Source of the DNA: Myxococcota bacterium
GTDB taxonomy: Bacteria > Myxococcota_A > UBA9160 > UBA4427
Reading direction: 5' to 3'
Assembly: GCA_965250285.1 (NCBI GenBank)
Contig: OZ252299.1
Span: 672,001 to 736,000 of the forward strand
DNA: 64,000 bases
Shown: positions 38,395-46,816 of the stretch, piece after piece
Layout of the letters: every line of letters begins with the position of its first letter
Position numbering within the stretch: position 1 is the stretch's first letter
The notes under the pieces: generated by a model
The model's database searches: none
Told to the model about the DNA's origin: nothing
Seen by the model: the letters and a program-made list of their open reading frames with translations, nothing else
Translations under genes and position numbers: made by a program

Positions 38395-39048
38395 CTACGC
38401 CTCGTCGAGGTTCAGCTCTTTCATCATCAGCGTCGCCTCGGTTCGATTCGTGACGTCCAGCGCTTCGAGGACCGCCGCCACGTGCGTCTTGACCGTGCCG
38501 GGTGCGATGTCGAGCACCTCTCCGATCTCTCGGTTCGTGAGTCCCTTCGAGATCAGCTTCAGCACTTCGAGCTGCCGCTCCGTCAATCGGGGGACGCGCT
38601 CGCCTGCGGCGACGTGCGGTGGATCGGCGGCGTCTCGCCGCGATGCGGCCACGTCAGCCTGCGCGAGCAGCACGGGCGGCACGTACACGCTGCCTTCGAA
38701 GACGAGCCCGAGCGCCGCCCGCAGGACAGCGGGCGAAGACGACTTGGGGATGAAGCCGCTCGCTCCGCCGTCGAGTGCGAGACGGACGTCTTCGGGCTCT
38801 TCGCTCGCCGAGACGATCACGACCGAGACGTCCGGGTGATCGCTGCGGAGACGCCGCAGGCCGGTCCAGCCGTCGATCCCCGGCATGTTCAGGTCGAGGA
38901 GGACGAGCGCGATCTCGGGGTCGTCGGCGACGAGGGCGAGCGCGTCTTCGCCGGTCGACGCATCGATGAGCTCGTGCCCGAGCTCGTCGAGCGCGCGGCG
39001 AAGCCCATCTCTGAACATCTCGTGGTCGTCACAGATGACGATCTTCAT
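38395..39048 (-). CDS. NarL/LuxR family response regulator
   Basis: ICDDH, LLDLNMPG and FIPK; HTH LTERQLEVL..GLTNREI..TVKTH; convergent with the hybrid kinase. Confidence 0.95.
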   Translation of the reverse strand: MKIVICDDHEMFRDGLRRALDELGHELIDASTGEDALALVADDPEIALVLLDLNMPGIDGWTGLRRLRSDHPDVSVVIVSASEEPEDVRLALDGGASGFIPKSSSPAVLRAALGLVFEGSVYVPPVLLAQADVAASRRDAADPPHVAAGERVPRLTERQLEVLKLISKGLTNREIGEVLDIAPGTVKTHVAAVLEALDVTNRTEATLMMKELNLDEA

Positions 39049-39157
39049 GCCGGGTGGCTCCCGCGTCCTCGACACGGAAACAGCCGCGGTCGAGCGTGGC
39101 ACCGCTGCCTACGATACCCGACCGCGCGACGTCTGGGCCGATCCGCTCAGCACCCGG

Positions 39158-39197
39158 AGCGGATCCCACGCCGACGTGTTTCGGCGTGGGATCCGCT
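39158..39197. repeat. Perfect 17-bp inverted repeat (hairpin) downstream of surE
   Basis: AGCGGATCCCACGCCGA-CGTGTT-TCGGCGTGGGATCCGCT; no clear U-tract. Confidence 0.85.
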
Positions 39198-39214
39198 GGA
39201 TCGCGAAGGGCGCG

Positions 39215-40165
39215 CTAGTGGAGCCCGGCCTTCGAGAGCAGCCGGAAGGTGTCGAGGTAGCCGCGGAAGCCACCGGTCATGTCGCCGTCCATCGGGGTGA
39301 CCGAGATCTTGTTCGCGTTGAACGCATCGGTATCGGCGCCCTTCAGCGGATCGGCCTCGTCATCGAAGACGACGCCGATGCTGGCCAGACAGGCGCCGCC
39401 CACCGGTACCTCAGAGCAGGGCGGCGCGGCCGGAATCGACGGGAAGAACGGTGGGAAGCCCTGGGTGATGTCGAAGAAGGGCAGCTCGAGGTCACTCTCG
39501 GCTGCGAGTCGCGTGATCGCCGTACCGTCCCAGGCCTCGAACGGGACGGGGAAGTTCACGTTGAGCACCTTGGTGCCGCGCGGGAAGCCCCTGGCCTCGA
39601 TGGCGTTGACGAGGTCGACGATGACCGCGGCCGAGGGGCCGTAGGCCGCCGTCGTGCTCGGAAACTCGGGCTCGAGCTGTGCTTCTTCGAAGAGGATGCC
39701 GACGCTCCCGGCGATCGCCGGCACACCGAAGCCCAGCGAAGCGCGGAGCGCGGCGCCGATCGTGCCCGAGGTGTTGCCCGTGAGCTGACCCAGGTTCTGG
39801 CCTTCGTTCAGGCCCGAGACGACGAGGTCGGGCTCGTTCTCGAGCAGAATGTTGAAGGCCACGTTCACGGCGTCGCTCGGCGTGCCCGAGACGGCCCACT
39901 GGTTTTCGGCCACGCGCGCGATCGGGATGAAATCTTGCGTGAAGGCCGAGGTGTTGATCGAGCCGCCCTTGCCGCTCTGCTGCTCGGCGGGCGCCACGAC
40001 GGTGACGTTGTGACCGGCGGCGGTCAGCGCGGCGGCGAGCGTCTGCAGGCCTTCCGAGCCGATGCCGTCGTCGTTGGTGACGAGGATGTCGAGTCCCGCC
40101 CAGGCGTGCGATGCCAGGCCGATGAGGGCCAGGACGGTCAGGATGGTCGTACGAGCCAGTCTCAT
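39215..40165 (-). CDS. surE: SurE family 5'/3'-nucleotidase/acid phosphatase with signal peptide
   Basis: ILVTNDDGI, VAP..QQSG, GTPSDAV, VVSGLNEGQN, SGT and LNVNFP; N-terminal signal ending AWA. Confidence 0.88.
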   Translation of the reverse strand: MRLARTTILTVLALIGLASHAWAGLDILVTNDDGIGSEGLQTLAAALTAAGHNVTVVAPAEQQSGKGGSINTSAFTQDFIPIARVAENQWAVSGTPSDAVNVAFNILLENEPDLVVSGLNEGQNLGQLTGNTSGTIGAALRASLGFGVPAIAGSVGILFEEAQLEPEFPSTTAAYGPSAAVIVDLVNAIEARGFPRGTKVLNVNFPVPFEAWDGTAITRLAAESDLELPFFDITQGFPPFFPSIPAAPPCSEVPVGGACLASIGVVFDDEADPLKGADTDAFNANKISVTPMDGDMTGGFRGYLDTFRLLSKAGLH

Positions 40166-40387
40166 GTCAGTTCTCCGTTGGCTGGTGCGCCCGAGGGATG
40201 GGCGTCATTCGATTTCACCTGGCCGCGTCGAGCTCGTCTACTCGCCGTTCTCGCGTAGGGGGGCATGATTCAAGTGGCCGAAATGTCTGGCGTTTTTGAA
40301 CGGGTGTAGAATGCGTGCAGCAGCCCGCTCACGTTTGCGCGGCGGGCCGGCCGTCCCGTCCGGCACACCGCGCGAAACGGAGGTTCC

Positions 40388-41017
40388 GTGTCCGAGCCGC
40401 CCGCAGCCCCGAGCCGCCGCCGTCGCGCTCCGAAGCAGCAGCGATCGCAGGAGATCGTGCGAGCGATTCTCGAGGCCGGACGAGATTTGCTCGAGCGCGA
40501 CGGCGCCGACGTGCTGACGACCAATCGCATCGCCGAGCGCGCGGGGGTCAGCATCGGCTCGCTCTATCGGTACTTCCCGAACAAGGAGGCGGTGATCGGC
40601 GCCCTCTACGACAGCGAGCTCGGGCGCGAGGTGCGCGATCTCGAGCCGCAGGTCGAGCATCCCTTCGAGGACACGCCGCTTCGAGAGAGCCTCGTGGCCC
40701 TGGTCGACTTTCAACTCGATCGCCACCGACGTCTGCTCGACATCGAGGACGACTACTATCGCGATCACCATCGCGACTTCTCGTTGGCGCGAAGCATGGG
40801 ACCCAGCGAAGTCGAGAGCGGGATCCGCTCGTTTCTCGAGCAGCATGCGGACGAGGTTCGGGTGCGAAACCTCGACCAGGCTGCCTACCTGGTCGCCCGG
40901 GGTGTCTCGGCCATTCTCCACGCCACGCTCGACGAGAGCGCCGAGCGGCTCTCCGAGCCGGCCTTTCGCGAAGAGCTGATCGATCTGCTCGTCGCGTACG
41001 TCACGGCTCCGCGCTGA
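40388..41017 (+). CDS. TetR/AcrR family transcriptional regulator
   Basis: PKQQRS..ILEA..TTNRIAERAGVSIGSLYRYFPNK HTH; GGAGG RBS before GTG. Confidence 0.93.
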   Translation: MSEPPAAPSRRRRAPKQQRSQEIVRAILEAGRDLLERDGADVLTTNRIAERAGVSIGSLYRYFPNKEAVIGALYDSELGREVRDLEPQVEHPFEDTPLRESLVALVDFQLDRHRRLLDIEDDYYRDHHRDFSLARSMGPSEVESGIRSFLEQHADEVRVRNLDQAAYLVARGVSAILHATLDESAERLSEPAFREELIDLLVAYVTAPR

Positions 41018-41062
41018 TGCCGCCGCGCCGCGTTCGCGGCCATGCTTTGGTGAAAGCGTCGT

Positions 41063-41662
41063 TCAGAGTCGCGCGCTGTCTCGAGACGTCGCCGGGGCTG
41101 TGGCCGCACGCTGCTCGGCCTCCTCGATGCAGGCATCGAGGTGGCGTCGGAGCAGATACATCTCGTCGGCGGCGAGGCCCTGGCCGACCAGGGTCGACGT
41201 GTAGAGCAGGGCGGCGAACAGAGCCGCGACGAGCGTGACGACGAGCGCCCAGGGCGACGCGCCGAGGCTGATCTGCACGACCGAGTAGAGCAGAGCCACG
41301 CTCGCGAACAGCGCGAGCATCCCCATCGCGAAGACGTACGCAGTCCAGACCGCCGGGTGGGGCGAGAAGATGCCGAGCACGCGCGCGTGGTCGCCTCGGG
41401 CCTCGATGGTCAGCCCGAGGTGCGTCGACCAGAACTGCTGCGCGTGGTCGGGGAGGTCGATCACCCCGTGTCGCTCGCTGAAGCGGCCCTCGACGGCGCC
41501 CCCCGAGCGTTCGCTCGTCTCGCGCAACGCGGTCATCAGCCGATCGGGGCGGCAGGCGACCTCTTCGATGAAGCGCGGCCGCATGCGCGGCCAGCGAAAC
41601 GTGCGGCCCCGCCCGAGAGGGAGGTTTCGCTCGCGTTCGTCGAGGCTCGCCGTGTCGGGCAT
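41063..41662 (-). CDS. Hypothetical membrane protein (2 TM)
   Basis: Soluble N-terminal domain (MRPRF..FWS..L) then two hydrophobic helices; GGGAG upstream. Confidence 0.65.
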   Translation of the reverse strand: MPDTASLDERERNLPLGRGRTFRWPRMRPRFIEEVACRPDRLMTALRETSERSGGAVEGRFSERHGVIDLPDHAQQFWSTHLGLTIEARGDHARVLGIFSPHPAVWTAYVFAMGMLALFASVALLYSVVQISLGASPWALVVTLVAALFAALLYTSTLVGQGLAADEMYLLRRHLDACIEEAEQRAATAPATSRDSARL

Positions 41663-41739
41663 CTTCGGGCTCCCGCAGGCTCGGTGCCGCCGCTTCTATG
41701 CAACCTCGCGCAGCGCAGCTCGTCAATGATCCGGATGTG

Positions 41740-42996
41740 TCAGTCGCGCTCGATGCCGTATCGCGACGCGTAGTCGTCGAACTCTTGCGCGAGCCCGGCG
41801 TAGGTCCACCCGAAGTCGGCTGGATCGTACGCGTGCAGCCCGGCCGCGCTCGGGCTCGGGCGATTCATCCACGCCTGCATGCGACGTTCGTGAAGCGGCG
41901 AGATCGCCTGGCCGAAGTGGTCGTGAATTCGCCGCACGGTGCCGATCGGGTCGGCGACGAGATCCTTGTAGTGCATGTGAAAGCACCAGCCGTCGCGCGC
42001 GTCGTCGTCGAACGTCATGCCCGTCGCCAGCGCGCTGCCGAGCTTGGTCTTCCAGTCTTCGGCGACGGGACGCGGATCCGATCGTGTCGTGAACATGCGC
42101 TGCAGCGTGTTGACGAGGCTCGCGAGCGAAGTCACGACCGGGCCCGGATCACGGTGCGTCCAGATGATGCGCGCGTCGGGATACGTGTCGAGCAGCGTCG
42201 ACAGGCTCCACAGGTGGTTCGGCGTCTTGAGGATCCAGCGCTCGGTCGGTTGCGCGGCCTGCAGCGCCTGCAGGGCCAGCTTGTGCTGCGCATAGGCCGG
42301 TGCCATGTCGCACCGCGCCAGCCAGCGACCGTAGCTGGGCACGAAGGCCTGGGTTTCGACACCGAGTGTCCGAACGTCGTACATGAAGAAGGCGACGCAT
42401 TCCTGTGCCAGCATCGCCCCGGTCGGATGCATGAACGCGAAGGGCGGATTGAGCGCGTGCAGCTGATCGACCTCGCGCTGATTCTCGGCAATGCGGGGAT
42501 CGGTCGCGGCGGTCTCGAGGTCGGCGGGTGGAATCAGATCGGCGGCCTCCCAGTGCAGCGGTGCGCGGGCGAGCGGGTCGAGCCCCAGCAGATTCGAGAG
42601 CAGGCTCGATCCGGTGCGCGGGAGCCCCACGATCACCCAGGGCCGCTCGATGCGTTCGTCGCGAATCTCGGGGTGCGCCTTCGCCCAGGCGCTCAGCTTG
42701 ATGCGGTTCGTGAGCGCGCGCTCGAGCATGCCGCGTACGCCGAGCCGACCGAAGGTGTTGAGCTGGGCCTCGTCGCGCGCCGCGGCGAGGTAGCGCTCGA
42801 GCGGCTCGCGATAGCTGTCGCTTCCGAGGTCGTCCGAGCCGGCGGCCTTGACGGCTGCGCTCACGATCACGTCGGGTTCGAGCGAGGGCAGCGGGCGCCC
42901 CAGTCGTTCCAGGGCGCCGCCCACGCGATTGAGCACTCGCAGCGGCACCGACTCGAGCGTGGCGTCGCGAAACGTGTAGGCGCGGGGCTCGGTCAT
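41740..42996 (-). CDS. Sulfotransferase family protein (Sulfotransfer_3)
   Basis: 5'-PSB loop IVGLPRTGSS, WILKTPNH and IIWTHRDP...S. Confidence 0.92.
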   Translation of the reverse strand: MTEPRAYTFRDATLESVPLRVLNRVGGALERLGRPLPSLEPDVIVSAAVKAAGSDDLGSDSYREPLERYLAAARDEAQLNTFGRLGVRGMLERALTNRIKLSAWAKAHPEIRDERIERPWVIVGLPRTGSSLLSNLLGLDPLARAPLHWEAADLIPPADLETAATDPRIAENQREVDQLHALNPPFAFMHPTGAMLAQECVAFFMYDVRTLGVETQAFVPSYGRWLARCDMAPAYAQHKLALQALQAAQPTERWILKTPNHLWSLSTLLDTYPDARIIWTHRDPGPVVTSLASLVNTLQRMFTTRSDPRPVAEDWKTKLGSALATGMTFDDDARDGWCFHMHYKDLVADPIGTVRRIHDHFGQAISPLHERRMQAWMNRPSPSAAGLHAYDPADFGWTYAGLAQEFDDYASRYGIERD

Positions 42997-43074
42997 CTTC
43001 CTTCTCTCTCCATGCCTGGATGCTTCCTCGATCGTGCGATGGCGCGATCTGCTCAGGGACGATTCGGCCCGTCA

Positions 43075-43680
43075 TCAGCGCGTTGCGTCGAGACGACGCA
43101 TCGTCGCCTCGATCGTGGGCGCGAGCATCGTTCGCAGGAATCGCCGGGTGTCGTCGGCATCGCTCGCCGAGCGCTCGCTCGGCCACGCCACGAAGGAGAG
43201 CAGCAAGCGCAGGATCCACTCGGTCAGGTCGTCGACGGCGCGCGCGGCGTCGTCGTCGCCTGCGTGCGTCGGCGACGCGTCTGCTGCATGCGGGCTCAGC
43301 GAATGAACCACGAGCGCGCGGGCCATGCGCCGAAGGGCGTCCGACCCGAGGAGCTGGTCGGCCGACCACAGCGCCGTCTCGCCCGAGAAGAAGTGTCGGT
43401 GCAGCGGCCGCAGCGGCACCTGCTCGAGACAGAAGAGGACGCCCTCGACCACGCGGTCGACCGGGTCGCTCACGCGCGCCAGCTGGATGGCGGCGTCCGC
43501 GGCCATCTCCTGCGATTCGATCTCGAGGACGGCGAGGAAGACCTGCTCGTGCGTCGCGTAGCGCCGGTAGAGCGTGGCGCGCGAAAGCCCCGCTTCGGCG
43601 GCGATGTCGGCCATCGTGGTCTTGCGGACCCCGAGGCGCAGATACAGCGACCGGGCGGCTTCGAGAATCTCCTGAGACAT
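43075..43680 (-). CDS. TetR/AcrR family transcriptional regulator
   Basis: ILEAA..GVRKTTMADIAAEAGLSRATLYRRY HTH. Confidence 0.92.
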   Translation of the reverse strand: MSQEILEAARSLYLRLGVRKTTMADIAAEAGLSRATLYRRYATHEQVFLAVLEIESQEMAADAAIQLARVSDPVDRVVEGVLFCLEQVPLRPLHRHFFSGETALWSADQLLGSDALRRMARALVVHSLSPHAADASPTHAGDDDAARAVDDLTEWILRLLLSFVAWPSERSASDADDTRRFLRTMLAPTIEATMRRLDATR

Positions 43681-43707
43681 GACACGTAGTTTGTATCACG
43701 TCTCAGG
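43671..43707. promoter_or_regulatory. Palindromic operator overlapping the TetR start codon
   Basis: CCTGAGACATGACAC-N7-GTATCACGTCTCAGG; arms match at 13/15 positions. Confidence 0.7.
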
Positions 43708-43819
43708 GGCGTTGGGCCAGGGGAATCCCGTTGCGTCGAACGCACGGAGGCGACTGCGCGATCGTGCGCAGGCAGGGCTTGTTCGAGGCGGGGCGTGCGT
43801 AGGGTGGGGCGGGCTCTCG

Positions 43820-43848
43820 GCGCGGCGGCGGTCGACCCGCCGCCGCGC
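43820..43848 (-). terminator. GC-rich 3' hairpin after the PEP-CTERM gene
   Basis: 12-bp perfect stem GCGCGGCGGCGG/CCGCCGCCGCGC, 11 nt after the stop; no U-tract. Confidence 0.5.
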
Positions 43849-43859
43849 GGAGCCGAAGC

Positions 43860-44540
43860 TCAGCGCCGGCGGGACGCCAGCAGCGCCAGGCCTGCCCCGA
43901 CGAGCAGCGCGGTCGAGGGCTCGGGGATGATCCCGACCTTGAAGCCGTACTGCGACGACGAGCCTCGACCGTCCGTGAGCTGGCCGGTCGAGGTGAGCGT
44001 GAAGCCGTCGGCGATCCGTGCATCGGTGATCACGATGTACTCGGCGTTCTGATCGCCGATCAGGTCGCCGAGCAGGATCGGCGCGCCCGAGCTGAACGTG
44101 ATGGTGATCCCGCCGACGAGGTTCGCGGCGTCGCCATCGTTGGCGCGCGCGCGGATCGCGAGCGCGTTGAGACCCGTGCCCGGAAAGCCCGAGGCCGTCG
44201 AGGCACCGGCGGCCAGCGAGGGATCGAGCGTCACCGCGTCGACGCCGTCGAACGAGAACGTCACAGCGTGATCGTTCGTCGACGGGCCGGGCAGCCAGGC
44301 GTTCTGTCGGGGGTTGCCGGGACCGACGGGGATGTCGGATGCATCGACGACCGAGTACTCCCAGTCGCCCGAAGCGCCGCCGTTGCCCCAGCGGACGTTG
44401 CCGCCGAACGACTTCACGAAGTCGGCGTTGGCCAGAAAGTCGGCGTCGCTGTCGTAGTTCGTCACGATCGGCACCGCGGAGGCGGTGCTGGTCGCGAGCC
44501 CAATCGTCAGCAGCAGGAACAGGGGTGTCGCAAGTCGCAT
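43860..44540 (-). CDS. PEP-CTERM sorting domain protein
   Basis: Signal peptide; C-terminal IPEPSTALLVGAGLALLASRRR; GGGAGGAG RBS. Confidence 0.93.
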   Translation of the reverse strand: MRLATPLFLLLTIGLATSTASAVPIVTNYDSDADFLANADFVKSFGGNVRWGNGGASGDWEYSVVDASDIPVGPGNPRQNAWLPGPSTNDHAVTFSFDGVDAVTLDPSLAAGASTASGFPGTGLNALAIRARANDGDAANLVGGITITFSSGAPILLGDLIGDQNAEYIVITDARIADGFTLTSTGQLTDGRGSSSQYGFKVGIIPEPSTALLVGAGLALLASRRR

Positions 44541-44571
44541 CAGGTTCTCCTCCCAGAGGCCCTGTGTGGTG

Positions 44572-44587
44572 TGCAAGCCCCGTTCCA
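44572..44587 (-). promoter_or_regulatory. Sigma-54 (-24/-12) promoter of the PEP-CTERM gene
   Basis: Minus strand TGGAACGGGGCTTGCA versus consensus TGGCACG-N4-TTGCW; 31 nt upstream of the ATG. Confidence 0.75.
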
Positions 44588-44601
44588 TCCGAAACATTGA
44601 C

Positions 44602-44626
44602 AAAAAATAATGATTTCAGGTACTTG
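44602..44626. promoter_or_regulatory. Putative IHF site
   Basis: A-tract followed by TTTCAGGTACTTG (WATCAA-N4-TTR with 2 mismatches), next to the sigma-54 promoter. Confidence 0.5.
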
Positions 44627-44771
44627 AGATCGATTGGGTTCCGAAGTGGAAACCCCGCGACGCGAATGTTTTTCCACAGATGGAACCCCTTTTCCTTCGT
44701 TCCGCCCGTCTCGTCTCGGTTCTGGCCCTCTCGAGGGAACGGCCGGGCGCGCTCGGTATGCTCCGCGCCCC

Positions 44772-46715
44772 ATGCCGCTGGTGAACTTCGAGCAGCTCAC
44801 GGTTTCGTTTGGTCAGGCGCCCCTCCTCGACGAGGCGAGCTTCCAGATCGACGCGGGCGAGCGCGTTTGCCTGATCGGGCGCAACGGCGCCGGCAAGTCG
44901 ACACTGCTCAAGATCGTCGAGGGCAGCCTGGCCCCCGATGCGGGTGGGGTGTGGCGCGAGCCCGGGCTCGAGATCGCGCGACTCGCTCAAGAGCTGCCAG
45001 GCGATCTCGAAGCCAGCGTCTATGACGTCGTCGCCGAGGGGCTCGCCGAGTCCGGTCGGCTGCTCGCGCAGTACCACGCGGCGTCGCTTGCCGTCGCCGA
45101 AGACCCGACTCGACTGGGTCAGCTCGAGAAGCTGCAGCACCGCGTCGATGCGGTCGATGGGTGGCGGCTCGGTGAACGCATCGATCAGATGCTCGCGCGG
45201 CTCGAGCTCTCTCCTGACGCGCGCATCGCCACGCTCTCGGGTGGGTGGCGACGGCGCGTCGCGCTCGCGCAGGCACTGGTGGGTGAGCCCGACCTGCTGC
45301 TGCTCGACGAGCCGACGAATCACCTCGACCTCGAGCTGATCGATTGGCTCGAAGCGCAGCTGCTCGATCTGCGGTGTGGCGTGCTCTTCGTCACGCACGA
45401 CCGCACGCTGCTCACGCGCCTCGCGACGCGGATCGTCGAGCTCGACCGGGGGCAGTTGACGTCATGGCCGGGCGACTACGCCCGCTTCGTCGAGAAGAAG
45501 TCGGCCGCGCTCGAAGAGGAGGCTCGCCACGCGGCCCTCTTCGACAAGAAGCTCGCGCAAGAAGAAGCGTGGATCCGCCAGGGGATCAAGGCGCGTCGTA
45601 CCCGCAACGAAGGGCGCGTGCGCGCGCTCGAGCGCATGCGCGAAGCGCGTGCGGCGCGTCGCGAAGTCGAGGGCAAGGCGAAGCTGTCCCTCGACGAGGC
45701 AGAGGCGTCCGGCAAGCTCGTCGTCGAGGCCGAGCACGCGTCGTTCACCTGGCAACCCGGGGATGCGCCGGTGATCGACGACCTCTCTGTGCGCATCATG
45801 CGCGGGGACCGCATCGGGCTGGTCGGCCCGAACGGCGTCGGCAAGACCACGCTCCTGCAGCTGCTGCTCGGCGAGCTCGCGCCGACGGCAGGCGACGTGC
45901 GACTCGGGACCAAGCTCGAGATCGCCTACTTCGATCAGCTTCGGGCCGAGCTCGACCTCGACCAGACCGTCGTCGAGGCCGTCGCCGACGGTCACGATTT
46001 CGTCGACATCGGTGGGCAGCAGCGCCACGTGATCGGCTATCTGCAGGATTTCCTGTTCGAGCCGGCCCGTTCGCGCACCCCGATTCGCGCGCTCTCGGGG
46101 GGCGAACGCAACCGCCTGCTCCTGGCGAAGCTCTTTGCGCGCCCGGCGAACCTGCTCGTGCTCGACGAGCCGACGAACGATCTCGACATCGAGACGCTCG
46201 AGCTGCTCGAAGCGCTGCTCGTCGACTTCAACGGAACGATCCTGGTCGTCTCACACGACCGAGCCTTCCTCGACAACGTCGTGACGTCGACGCTCGCGTT
46301 CGAAGGCGCGGGTCGCGTGCGCGAGCACGTCGGCGGCTACAGCGATCTGCTCGCGTTTCGGGCCAGAGCGGCGAAGCGCGCCTCGGCCGACGACGGAGCG
46401 CAGAAGAAGGCGCAGAAGACGAGGAAGTCTGCGCACGCAGATGCCAGCGCTTCGAAACGCCCCCGCAAGCTCAGCTTCAAGGATGCGCGGGCCCTCGAAG
46501 CGCTGCCGAGCGAGATCGAAGACCTCGAGGCCGAGCAGGCCGAGCTCGTCGAACGCATGAGCGACCCGGCCTTCTACGCAACCGATGGCGACGAGCAGGC
46601 GGCGGCGCACGATCGCGTCGCCGCGCTGACCACCCAGCTCGAAGCGGCGTACGAGCGGTGGACCGAGCTCGAGGCGTTGCGCGAAGAGATCGAGGCCGGC
46701 GCGAAACCGGGGTAG
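44772..46715 (+). CDS. uup: ABC-F family ATPase Uup
   Basis: Two ABC domains (GRNGAGKS, LSGG, DEPTNHLD; GPNGVGKT, LSGGE, DEPTNDLD); EEAWIRQGIKARRTRNEGRVRAL linker; C-terminal coiled coil. Confidence 0.92.
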   Translation: MPLVNFEQLTVSFGQAPLLDEASFQIDAGERVCLIGRNGAGKSTLLKIVEGSLAPDAGGVWREPGLEIARLAQELPGDLEASVYDVVAEGLAESGRLLAQYHAASLAVAEDPTRLGQLEKLQHRVDAVDGWRLGERIDQMLARLELSPDARIATLSGGWRRRVALAQALVGEPDLLLLDEPTNHLDLELIDWLEAQLLDLRCGVLFVTHDRTLLTRLATRIVELDRGQLTSWPGDYARFVEKKSAALEEEARHAALFDKKLAQEEAWIRQGIKARRTRNEGRVRALERMREARAARREVEGKAKLSLDEAEASGKLVVEAEHASFTWQPGDAPVIDDLSVRIMRGDRIGLVGPNGVGKTTLLQLLLGELAPTAGDVRLGTKLEIAYFDQLRAELDLDQTVVEAVADGHDFVDIGGQQRHVIGYLQDFLFEPARSRTPIRALSGGERNRLLLAKLFARPANLLVLDEPTNDLDIETLELLEALLVDFNGTILVVSHDRAFLDNVVTSTLAFEGAGRVREHVGGYSDLLAFRARAAKRASADDGAQKKAQKTRKSAHADASASKRPRKLSFKDARALEALPSEIEDLEAEQAELVERMSDPAFYATDGDEQAAAHDRVAALTTQLEAAYERWTELEALREEIEAGAKPG

Positions 46716-46816
46716 GCTGCGGCACGCGACCAGAGTGGGGATCGCAATAGCCGGCTGCCGTCCGCTCGACGCGCCCCCGGCGCAGACCTCGAACTGGCTC
46801 GCCGATCGGAGACCGA

